From: Octopus vulgaris
Lineage: Eukaryota
Direction of reading: 5' to 3'
DNA: 64,000 nt
Assembly: GCA_951406725.2 (NCBI GenBank)
Contig: OX597814.1
Span: forward strand, 134,912,001 to 134,976,000
This document shows, piece by piece, positions 1-16,135 of this stretch (position 1 is the first letter of the stretch; each line of letters begins with the position of its first letter). Made by a program: the position numbers and the translations under genes. A model generated the notes under the pieces. That model worked only from the letters and a program-made list of their open reading frames with translations, ran no database searches and was not told the origin of the DNA.

Positions 1-13
1 ATAATTGCTTTTA

Positions 14-64
14 AAGCCCTACTTCCGCCCTCCCCTATCTGTCGTCCTCTCCACCGACACCACA
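14..64 (-). repeat. 3' LTR remnant (first 51 bp only; truncated or interrupted)
   Basis: Identical to 3937-3987 and directly follows the PPT at 65-73; similarity stops at position 14. Confidence 0.88.
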
Positions 65-111
65 CGCCCCCCTGATCTACAGATCACTGAACCGGCTTTC
101 TCACTCGCACC

Positions 112-2963
112 TTAACTGGTTTCATAATCAGCCAACCAGGGAGGAGGGTGCCGTTCCCTCTGTGGTCGCAGTGCGACCCTAGGACTGGTTCCTGATATGT
201 TGCTGCTGGCCTCATCATCCTGTCTACTGGTGTTGTTTTCATCTTGCCCACTGCTGCTGGTCTCATCCTCTGAGGCATGGACAATCCTCCGTATATCCAA
301 AACATGGTGTGGCATACCATCGACTGAGATGTTATTCTTTGAATTTACAGAGGTTATTGTCCCCTTTCCCCATTGTGATGTACACTGCGCGTTTGGGGGT
401 TTTACCCAGACTTCCTCCCCAACCTGCACGAAGGCGTGCTCTTCCTCTGCCCCGGGTCGCATTGATGTAATACACAGATGCCTCCACTCGTACCTGAATA
501 TTGCCCTGTGTGGCACTGACTCCTCAGCCTGTCCTGATCTGGGTGACATATTGTACCAAAATACAGCCTCGATTGGTGAAATGTGACCCCTCTCTGCCAT
601 GGCCTTGATGGTACGATGATGCCTTTCCACCACCCCATTTCCACTTGGCCGGTATACCGCCCTGAAGAAGCGGTTGACCTTCCACTCATCAAGCATTTCT
701 TTCAGCACATCCGATCGAAATGCAGTGCCATTGTCCAGAAGCAGTTCATCCACGGGGCCTCGTTCCAGGAATATCTCATTCAACACTTTCACAATTTCTT
801 CTGCGGTCCCCGTCTTCATCTCCCTCTATATGGCCAACTGCCCCGGTCCACGGTCAACCATTGAGAGGTATGTCCCCTGCCAGTAGTGTGTTATGTCCAC
901 CGCCAGTCGTTTCCAGTCATGGTCCACTGGAATACTTCCCGCTTTATGTACGACCGGAGCAGGGTCGATGGACTGGCACCTGTCACAACTGCTAACCACT
1001 CTCTGCACGCTCTGTCTTGTTACGTCGGAGTCAACTTTTCTGGCTAGGAACAATGTCCTGTCTACACCCATGTGATGCATGGTGTGCAGTCTCCGCAACA
1101 CCGAGTCGCTCAGACGGCATACTGCAGCTACAGCCTGCTTCGCATCCTCTGGCACCTGCAACTAGGCTCGCTTTACCCTGGTCAGGACATCTGCCCTGTT
1201 CTTCTTGGAAGGCACAAAGATCACGCTCAGCTTCAGATTGAACTCAGTGGTTAGTTCACGCAGTATTCCCAATCGACGCTTTACCAGCATCTCTGCAGCC
1301 TCTTTGGTCTGCACCCTCCACTCATCGGTGATGACTGCTGTCACCCAACCAAGTACAGTGGCTGAATCAGTCCTGATTTCTATGGTGTGCAACCCCCACT
1401 TCAAGGCTAGGTTCACCCCCTTCAACATGGCATCCAACTCCGCCACATTGATATGATTGCAGTCATCCATCTTCCTGAACCAAGCTGCATCTTCCACCAT
1501 GACACCTCCCACTTCTAAGACGACCCCTATTGCGATGCTACTGGCGTCACACCATACGATCCCGCTCTTTGATTTGGGAACATACCAGCTGCCCCTCACT
1601 GGGTCCTCTGCTCCTACTCTGACCAAGACTTCCTGCATCATGTCGATTGTCCTCTCCCCCACTCTATCATTCCACTTCACTCCTTCAGCTCATCTCTTGA
1701 TGAAGCTACATGCTGTTCGGAGCCAACCTGCAATCGGGTAATGTCCCACCAGCTTCCCACACACAGAGAACAGTTCCCATCTACTTATGCTAGTGCCCAG
1801 TTCAGGGACCTCATTCCCTCGCTGGAACACCAACGCGCTGGCCTTGTCTCTCCATAGCTTGAGGCCCAGTGCAGCACCTCCCTCCATTGCCTCTGGTGGC
1901 TTGGCGATCAGTCCAAAACTCTTCAGGTGGCCTATGACCTCCGTTGCTGGTATCACGGTTTCATCCACCAGAATGTCATCGATGTACGAATTGGTGGCCC
2001 TTTTTACTCTGTCCACCTTCCCCAGGATGGCCTTGAGAATTGTTGCCATAATCTTTGGCGCTGAATTCAGCCCAAATCCCAACCTGGTCAGACAGTATGT
2101 CCGGCCCTTATACCTGACGAGCTGGTACTTCCACAATTTCTCAGCCACATGCACCTGTAGGTATGCCAACTTCAAATCAACAATCTACCTCCACTCTCGC
2201 AAGGTGTCTCCGCAGACATCCGTGGCCTTGCCGCCTGTATGACACGATACGTGGTCATTCAGCTCTCGGAAGTCAAGCACTGGCCTGACCTTATGCTTTG
2301 TGGGCTGTATCACTGCCATCAGTGGCAGGACTCCGCTCTCTTCTTTTTCCCAATATGCCCTCCTTAATCCACCGCTCCCCCTCCCCCTCAAACTCACTTC
2401 TGGCATCTCCTTTTGGAGTATGCTGATAGCAGCCCACTTTATTCTTTAACATCGGGGGCTCTCCCTTCCAGTGCCACTCCACTGTCCACCTCTTGCCATC
2501 AAAGACAGCCCGAAAATCCTGGTCTTCAATGGTGTGCGTAGCATCCTTTTCCGGTGCATGGTCTCGCCCTACACGGTTTCCCCGCTAACCCAAACGTTAC
2601 ACCAGCCTCGTTAACGGTGACACCTTCCAAGCGGGTGATTGCATCCATGCTCATCACCACGTCAATCTCGTCCACCAAGTGACCAACCACAATCGCTCGC
2701 AATGTCAGCTATAGTCCCTGCACTACAATCTGCGCATCTGTAACCCCTTCACAGTGTACTTCTCTTCCGTCGACAGCCCTAACACTGCTTCCTCCACTCC
2801 ACATCTCTGTAGTCATCAGGGTTGCTGTACAGCCCGTGTCCACAAGGGCTCACGACATCTTCCCCTCCACCAGAATGTCGACCACAGGTAGTGATGATAA
2901 GCGCGCCTCTACTGATCTGAAGGGACGACTAGCGGTGCAGTAGTCTTCCGCAGTCCGTTTCCC
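112..2963 (-). pseudogene. pol: pol (protease, RT, RNase H, integrase), disrupted
   Basis: LVDTGC near 2830-2850 follows an in-frame TGA. RT: KVRPVLDFRELN, DLKLAYLQ, RLGFGLNSAP, YIDD. RNase H: WCDAS, HINVAEL, RTDS. Integrase: HTMHHMG..CDRC, LAVDIT, LDNG, NGVVERHHRTIK. Confidence 0.9.
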
Positions 2964-3667
2964 CGCAGACACTCGCTGGCTATATGCCCCGGCTCTCGAC
3001 ACCGGTAGCAAATCACCTCAGGCTTGGGTGACACGCAGTCATGCACCATGTGTGGACCTTGGCACCGGAAACACTGTCCTTTGAACGGTCGCACATGTTC
3101 TTTTTTTAGCCTCTCTCCGCTGCTCCTAACTGGGCCACTTTTCGACGTTGCAGTCGCTGCTACCGACGTCATCCTACTGCATGAAACTAGTACGCGTGCC
3201 CGAGATATGATGTCCGCCATCGGCATCGAATGCACATTTGGAAGCTTCTGTAGCTCGACCAACATGTTGTCGGGAAAGCCAGTCACGAACGCCAACCTAA
3301 CCGTCCGGTCCAGCGACTCTCCCTCGTAACCCACCAGTTTAGCCAGTCTTCTAAGTTCATTGGCAAACACGTCCACCTGTTGCCCAGTCCATCTCGTTCT
3401 ACCCAGGCGAGCGTATGCCTTGAGCATTCCCTCCGCAAAGGCCTCCATCAACTGGACTTCCACTTTCTCCGCGTTGAGTTGGTCTGTCTCTTCCATCTCT
3501 AAATACAACGCCAACGCCGGACCATCCAAGTACAGCGGCATGAAGCTCGCCAGGTCACCTATACCATGGAGCTTCGCCACCAACTTCACTTTCTTCAGCC
3601 AAGTGACTACATCTGTGTCGCCGCAAAACGGTGTTATAATTTCATGTGAAACACGGGTACTCTTCAT
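2909..3667 (-). CDS. gag: Gag-like protein, 252 aa, two CCHC zinc knuckles
   Basis: Intact ORF with ATG about 40 nt after the PBS; knuckles CFRCQGPHMVHDC and CYRCREPGHIASEC. Confidence 0.88.
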   Translation of the reverse strand: MKSTRVSHEIITPFCGDTDVVTWLKKVKLVAKLHGIGDLASFMPLYLDGPALALYLEMEETDQLNAEKVEVQLMEAFAEGMLKAYARLGRTRWTGQQVDVFANELRRLAKLVGYEGESLDRTVRLAFVTGFPDNMLVELQKLPNVHSMPMADIISRARVLVSCSRMTSVAATATSKSGPVRSSGERLKKEHVRPFKGQCFRCQGPHMVHDCVSPKPEVICYRCREPGHIASECLRGNGLRKTTAPLVVPSDQ

Positions 3668-3708
3668 TTTTATTTATAAAACCGTGTGAGAATTGTTTTT
3701 GTTTATAT

Positions 3709-3720
3709 GCCGAAATAGCT
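3709..3720 (-). promoter_or_regulatory. Primer-binding site complementary to tRNA-Phe nt 1-12
   Basis: AGCTATTTCGGC on - abuts the LTR end; its complement GCCGAAATAGCT is the conserved 5' end of metazoan tRNA-Phe(GAA). Confidence 0.75.
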
Positions 3721-3987
3721 TGTGGTGTGAATGATGAAAGAGGACAACAGAAAAGGAGAAAGGAAATATAATTAGGTCTTACCTCGGCGAAGATTAGTCT
3801 ACCAAAACTCAGCGAAGATCAGATCTCTCTCGATACGTCTCGTCCCTTCCTCGTGTGAGCTGCAACTGCCACTTCGTCGATGCCACACGTGCATCGTCCC
3901 TCACCGCTTCAGCGTCCTGCCGCGCATGCACCCTGCAAGCCCTACTTCCGCCCTCCCCTATCTGTCGTCCTCTCCACCGACACCACA
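3721..3987 (-). repeat. 5' LTR (267 bp)
   Basis: Termini are the inverted repeat TGTGGTGT...ACACCACA; 3937-3987 is identical to 14-64. Confidence 0.9.
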
Positions 3988-4220
3988 ATTTTCATTAAAA
4001 AACATCCATTTTTCTACAAGTAGTGAAGAAACAAAGTTGGAGTGCACACATATGTAGATATATACATGCACACAATATATACATATATATACATACATAC
4101 ATACACACACATATATATATAGATAAAACTTACTTGGAAAAAGATGCGTGACATTCAATCATATAATAATATAAATCATAAATATATACATACATATATG
4201 TACATACCTACATATATATG

Positions 4221-4926
4221 TGTAGCGTTTGGTGAAATACATCCTCTCTCTCTGAGATATACTATACAAAAGCGGATGTTAGCCAGTTCGAGCGACAGAC
4301 AGTGACGACACCAACACCACCGCAGCATTTCAGGACGTTTTCCATCACCATTGCCTCAAGTTTATCAACATCACCAACATGTCTACGTACACCAACACCA
4401 ACATCATTCCAGGTTTAACTTCATGCTGCTTGTGAATACTCACCAAGGTTAACAGCTCCAGTCTACCTGTGAGATCTTCTGTACCAAGTAACCCGGCATA
4501 GGATAGAAGCCACAACTTCTACACGCGTAGTAACTGGCTCTTCACTTTGCCTCAACCTCTCTGTTACAGAACTATTGTGTATCTTATGAACTGGTAATTA
4601 ACTCCATTTGTGTCTGGACACTCTATGCTCTGTATTGTTATCTCACTCTTATAACACACACACACGTACGCGGACACTCTTTCTATGCTCTGTATTGTAT
4701 TATCTCACACTTGTTGCATACACAGACACACACGCTCTGCTACTCACGTTAACACCTAAATAAAGTCTTTCGTCTTATACATTACACAGTTGTGTTTTTC
4801 TCCTTATTTTTTCTTGGCACTGGTATTCTTTTATTTCATCTATTTTGGCTTTTTATTGAAGGCGACCGTGCAGCGTTTAAAGGGAGATAGTTGTCACCGT
4901 TCTCCTTTACGTACAGTTGCTCTACA
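4221..4926. mobile_element. Solo LTR of a second family (706 bp)
   Basis: TGTAG...CTACA termini, TATG duplicated on both sides (4217-4220, 4927-4930), internal AATAAA near 4759 and a short internal direct repeat (about 4616-4650 / 4672-4710). Confidence 0.75.
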
Positions 4927-5549
4927 TATGTATATATACATGCATATAAGGGTACAGGACATCAAAAAAGCGTTGAACACAATGGGAAACGAAAACATAG
5001 AAACGAACTTAATTTTGAACAGAGAAACGAGACATACAACATAAAGAATATTCCCCTTCTTCAGTTGTCCCTCTTTCAACTACTCCACGTTTCAAAAGCA
5101 AGGACAAGATGCGACTTTGTTGAAACAGTCTTTCCCGCAAAGCAAATTAAATAAAATTTAGGATTTTTTTGCGGAGGGTGAAAGTGGTAACAAGAACAGG
5201 GCAGTGAGAACAAAACAGTAAAAACAAACGATGAGGGCTGTTAAGTCAAAACGATAGAAGAATTATTATGAACGTTTAGGAAGACAAGCTTATGAAGGAG
5301 ACAGTATAAGCACGTTTAGTCTTTACGAATGTTGTGGGTAGTAAGGTAGATTGACTTTCGTCACGTGTCAACGACGAGAGAGTCGAGGAGGAGTGAGAGA
5401 GAGGGAACAGTGAAGAGGAGGAGAAGAATAGGGAAGGGTGAGAGAGAAAACCAGAAAGGATAAAGAACAAGAGAGGGAGAGAGATAGAAGAGTGCGCATC
5501 GTAATTATTAAGATAAAACTTATATATCTGATTTTTTTATTACCCACTA

Positions 5550-6720
5550 TGGGCTACAGAGAGGGGACGTTACAAACATTGGGGACATAGAACATCACAA
5601 TTACATAGATATGGGCAAAATGAAATATGAAAATGATATATGAAAGTGGTGTCAACGGCCCCATCCGCTAGCATCACTTACCTGTCCTTTAATCCCACAC
5701 AAATGTTCCTTGTTCCGTTCCTATACAAAATCCTTCCATCTCCATCCTTTTTTCAAACGTCTCTTCCAAATCTCTCATGATTTTTTCAACCATTCTCACT
5801 TCACTTACTTCCCAATCCTCCCTTTCACACATTTCCATAAACTCGTCCATTCGTCCTTTTCCATTTACTGCATACCTGATCTTTCCTCTGTCGCACCATT
5901 GATACTCTTCCATTTTCTTTTTAATCTTTTCTTTTCCCGTCATACATACAATGTTTGGCCTGGGTTCATTTTTTGTGTCTTGGTTATGTGTGTCTTTTCT
6001 TTTCTGTTTTCTTGTTGGAGGGGAGCGGGTGGGTTCACTGTCTGCAGGGATAGGGTGGGACTCAGAGGGTGTGGGTGGTGTTGGGGTGGATTGGTGTTCT
6101 ATGTTATTTTCCCTTCCTCTTATTCTCCTCTTCTTCCCAGCTTCCTTCCATTCCTGTGAATTCTCTTCCTCTTCTACTGTCTCCTCCTCTCTCTCTGTGG
6201 CCTGGAATCCATTTCTTTCACTGGGGGAGGGCAGTAGGCTCTTATGTGACCCCTCAGGCCACACTTGTAACAACGTGGAGCTCTGCCCTCCACCCACACT
6301 CTCATGATCACGTCTCCCAATCTGATGCTTTCCGCCAGGTCCACCAGTACATCGTTCTCTGCCTGCACGTTCAGTTCCACTGTCACGCCTCTCCAGCCCT
6401 CGGTCTTAACCGAGGCATGGAGAATGTCCACTTCCTCCTCGTGGCCGCTGATCACAGCCGCCACAATCCACTCGGCCTCAACGTTTGGGGGCACTCCCTC
6501 GACCCGTACACGTGTAATTCTTCTATTTAGATACGTAGGCAAAAGTATTACCTTCTCGGATTTCACCGCCTTCGCCGCCATATTCCTTGCTGCAATCTCA
6601 CTGTTAAACTGTACCACTACAGTACCATACTTTGACCCTCGCGTCAGAAAATTAATCTCCTCTTCCGTTATATATCGTTGTAGAAAACATAAATCCGAAA
6701 GAAGAATTACATTCTAAGAT
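5550..6720 (-). mobile_element. Non-LTR retroelement ORF1 relic (zinc-knuckle protein), frameshifted
   Basis: ORF 6174-6617 has RRM-like RVRVEGVP and CYKCGLRGHIRAYC; a charged low-complexity tail continues in ORF 5689-6297; no RT follows. Confidence 0.7.
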
Positions 6721-6735
6721 GTAGAGAATGCATAC

Positions 6736-6850
6736 TAAAAATGGGGAAGGCCAGTTTATGAGATTACCTTAGGGTTCCCGTCCATAAAGGGTTTAGCTTT
6801 ATGGACGGGAAACCTAAGGTAATCTTATAAACAGGCCTTCCCCATTTTTA
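6736..6850. repeat. Long inverted repeat (54-bp arms, 7-nt loop)
   Basis: 6736-6789 is the reverse complement of 6797-6850 with 3 mismatches. Confidence 0.92.
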
Positions 6851-7172
6851 ATATATACATACATACATATATGAATGTATATTGTGTGTGTGTGTATGCG
6901 TATGTTTACGTATGTAAGGAGATATGCTTATATGTATGTACGTGTGCGTGCATCCACGTGTTTACAGCCTTTCAAAAAATAGTTATGAATGTAACTATTA
7001 AAAAAGATAAAAAATTCTAGTTTGCCACTTTTACAATGTTCACGAAATTCAAAATTTGAACTTTAAAAAAGAACAATAAAGTCAATTCATGTTATGAATA
7101 ACTTCAATAATCTAGTTGTAAAATAAAATGAAAACAACCAAAGGAAGTTCATACTTCAGTTCTTAGTATTAA

Positions 7173-7360
7173 TATTGGTTTCAAATTTTGGCACAAGGCC
7201 AGCAGTTTCGGGGAAGGCGCTAAGTCGGTTACATTGACTCCAGTGCTTGACTGGTACTTATTTCATTGACATCGAAAGGATGAAAGGCAAAGTCGACCTC
7301 AGCGGAATTTGAGCTCAAAACGTACAGACGAACGAAATGCCTCTAAGCATTTTGTCCAGT
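7173..7360 (-). mobile_element. tRNA-derived SINE, family A
   Basis: Shares ttggtttcaaatttt..cacaaggccagca..ctggtacttattt..gaaaggatgaaaggcaaagtcgacctc..ggaattt with copies at about 8066-8200, 10476-10690, 19611-19830 (+) and 32010-32200. Confidence 0.8.
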
Positions 7361-9519
7361 TTGCTTATCTGAGTATTAATATTCTCAGAATATTTGATAT
7401 GAGGCATATTATTTTGTGATCGATCTCAGATTGGTTCCGATAGATTTCTTTCAAAAATTCATTTGGTTTTCGCTGTATTGGGATAAAAATGCAAACTATT
7501 CTTTCTTTCTCTCACTTTATTTTTGTGTGTAATTTCATTAATGCAGTAAGTAATGACTAGGTTGACATTCAACTTTACATAAAATTCATAAATTGATAAT
7601 ATATTTAACAACTAATTTTTAGCTATCATAGCAAATATGCAGATTTTGGGGCGGAGGTAACAAAAACCCTAACCCTAATCACCGGGTGTGCGCATTTACT
7701 TTGGCCGATTTTTGTTTGAGTCAAAGCATTAGTTTACATAACTTTATATTACAGTGTGATTTGTGCGAAAGCAAGTTTGTCAGCCTCATTAATTTTAGCG
7801 GGCTTGCCTTGCAAATTAAAGGTGTCTAAGAATCTACATAGTTGTTCATATCGGTATTGACATCTAATACTTTTTGTGTTAGACCATCTCAATAACATTA
7901 GAAGAGAAAAGGGAAATTGAAATTGCTATCACTACGATTTCTCTCTTATAAGCGATAATTTGTGAAGTGAAGGCAAATGATTACAGTTCTAAAGATATAC
8001 ACAGCTGTCATATCGATTATATTGAGATCTAGTAATACATTTTAAAATGTTGATTCAACAGCAAATTGGCACAAAGCCACCTTTTTGTAGTTAAGGGGTA
8101 CATTTGATTAAAATGATCTTAGTACATGTTTATCAAACCCAGAGATGAAAATAAAGTCAACCTCACCAGGATTTTAATCCAAAATGTCAAAGGACTAAAA
8201 CGAAATAGTTATTTCAGCTTTCCCGTTTGAGCTATTTATCCTTTTATATTATAATCTAACCATAAATTTGAGGAAAATGTGCATAAACGCAGACAAAACC
8301 GACTGGTTAAGAAGTTAGTTTCAAAATCAGGAGGTACCAGGTTCGATCCCATTGAAGCATCTTGAGCAAGTGATCGACGCAGATATTAAGTTCTGGTCGG
8401 TAGAAGCCTTAAAAGCCTGTCAGGTGGAATGAAGTCAACTGAAGAGCCAGTCATTTACACTGTGCCGCGTTGATTCTTCAAGAGAAATATGTTAAGGGTA
8501 CAATTGCCAATGGAAAACTCGCCCATTCATATGCCAATTTAACAATTAGTTCAGTTCATCGGTCAACTGAAATACACATCTCTAAACAGAGATCCAGCCA
8601 TTTCACTTTTATTTTTATTTTTAAAATTTTTATTATGTACATATCAATAAATGAATTTCGCGTCAGTTCCAACGAATATGGTTTCTAGTTCTATATACGG
8701 AATCTATTATTTTATATGTACATAGATAGCTATATATCTTACGTCCTTAACGTAATGTTGAGGTAAACTCATCGCGATAGCTCTTGTTAAGGCTGTGCCT
8801 TCGAATTACAGGTACACACACACACGTTCCTTCTCTAAGTCTCAGCTAACTTCAAACCAATGATTTTAAAAAATACTCCTAGTTGACCATGCCCTCATTT
8901 TATCATTTCATTTAGTAAAAGCAAAAAGACGCTGACATGACATGAAATACAGCCAAAATTTTGAAATGTATGTGTGTGTATACATATTCACACATACAAT
9001 ATTGTCAGTTCTTGTGTGTGTCCACACAAAGTATATGCGTACATTTATTTCAATAAATTAAATTGGAGAGAAATGCAAATAATGAATACAATGATTTTCT
9101 TTAGATTTACATTTAAAAGTATCGATCTTTAATTTCAATAAATTATTACCAAGACAATTGCTGTTATCTTTATCTTTATAAGCAATTTTTTTTAATCAAA
9201 GGACTGAAATCTTTAGACCAATTTAGGTCACAATAGCTTCTGAACAATGGAAACAAGTAATTACAAAATGTAACAAAATCAAGTTAATCGGTTTGCTAGA
9301 AATAACAGCCATATTTATCTCAAATCACACTGTTTTTCGAAAAAAAGGAGGATATATTGGATAATGTTGTCCTGCATACCCTAAGACTAAAAAAAAGTGT
9401 AGGATAGCCTTGGCTGGAACGCCTTTGAGCATAAATCTGCTCCAGCAGGGCTGACCTGGGGCTAAACAACGACAAAAACCATAACTTGTTGCAATTGAGT
9501 AATTCACAGAGACGTTTTC

Positions 9520-9792
9520 ATTGGACGCTTGGCGATTGATCCAGCGTTCCCAACCAGTTTGTTTGAAACCGTTGAACAGTCATTGGCTTTTTTGATTGGT
9601 TAGTTGTGATTAGTTAGTTTTGTAATCAGACGACCGTTGTCCAACTCTGCTGTCCACAGATTACGCCATCTCTTGTTTTGACTTTTCACCCACACGGTTA
9701 CCAACTTATTGGTTATTTTTGTGGCGCGATATTTCCTTTCCCCCCAAATCTGAACTTTTCTCCTCTCTTCGTTGCACGCACGTGTCACCATC
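9520..9792 (+). promoter_or_regulatory. Probable promoter / 5' UTR of the alpha-tubulin gene
   Basis: Locally CpG-richer stretch directly upstream of the ATG exon, with several ATTGG (inverted CCAAT) boxes near 9521, 9582, 9595 and 9708. The transcription start is not determinable from sequence. Confidence 0.5.
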
Positions 9793-15297
<5,505 letters not shown>

Positions 15298-16135
15298 AAG
15301 CAGAAATGTTGAATGTTCAAGTATTTCTTACATATCCTCCATACTTTGAGTTTATGGATTGAAAATTTGATTAAAATATTTTCCAACTTGTTCAGCTTAA
15401 GCCTTGATTGTTGCTACTTTTTCTATTTCAGTGAAAATGTTTGCTGAATTTGGTGTATTTTAAAATAATTCTGAAACAAAAATCAGAATCTTTGAAATTT
15501 TAACTGTTGCATGACAGATTATTACAGGAAGATTTTAAAATTAGAAAACTACATTTCTGAAAGATTTTTAAAGACTGCAAAGAATATTTTAAATTTTTAT
15601 TTTCTTAATAGAAAACCAAACAGAAATTCAATTTTTTTAAAATCATGTATTTTATTTTTGAACTGTACCAATTGTTCCATTCAGTTGAAAAATATTAGTA
15701 CCTCTAACTTGCTCAAAAAAGCTTGCAAAAAAAAAAATCCATCTTTTCCCACCTTGAAACTAAAAAAAGTATTTGGTTGTATTGCATATTCTTATTCCTA
15801 TTTTGTGTCTCAACTATGTTTGGTTGTATTACTTTGATAAAATAAAAATCGATTTTAAAATTCTGCTACATAATATTAACACTATGCGTAAATATTTCGT
15901 CATTTTGCTAAAGAGGAACTGGTGTAGCAATATATGTGATGACCATTATCTTAACATTACCACAAGCTCTGATAATTTGGCTTGCTAGAATATAGCAGCC
16001 AAATTTCCCTGTATTGTCTTAATTAAAATGACACATTAGATAATGATGTCCTAAGTACTGTGCTGTCTTTTTACAGTTAAACATTGCACTCATTGGGCTT
16101 CTTCAGGAATGCAGTGTTAGTACAAAACTATTTAA

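Larger units (their letters stand above)
14..3987 (-). mobile_element. Decayed LTR retrotransposon, gag-PR-RT-RNaseH-IN order (Ty3/gypsy-like order, divergent RT)
   Basis: Full 5' LTR at 3721-3987. A 51-bp identical copy of its start lies at 14-64, preceded on - by a polypurine tract (AGGGGGGCG). Gag has Zn knuckles; protease LVDTGC, RT YIDD, RNase H CDAS/AEL/TDS and integrase HHCC + D,D(35)E motifs are split over several ORFs by stops and frameshifts. Confidence 0.93.

Noticed and set aside
2848-2856. In-frame TGA before the protease active site as programmed readthrough or selenocysteine
   Set aside because: pol has many other stops and frameshifts; CGA>TGA decay is the simpler explanation.
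197-3689. Plus-strand ORFs overlapping the LTR element
   Set aside because: Antisense shadows of gag/pol with no recognisable motifs.
3721-3987. Tf1-style self-priming as the explanation for the odd PBS
   Set aside because: I found no sequence complementary to the PBS within the LTR, whereas the tRNA-Phe 5' end matches 12/12.
5040-5110. GAAAC...CTGAAGA on -, resembling a permuted hammerhead
   Set aside because: The stem I register does not fit a valid cleavage triplet and stem II is mostly G-U pairs; too weak to call.
8300-8450. tRNA-like box B (GGTTCGATCCC)
   Set aside because: No cloverleaf; it is a degenerate head of SINE family B.
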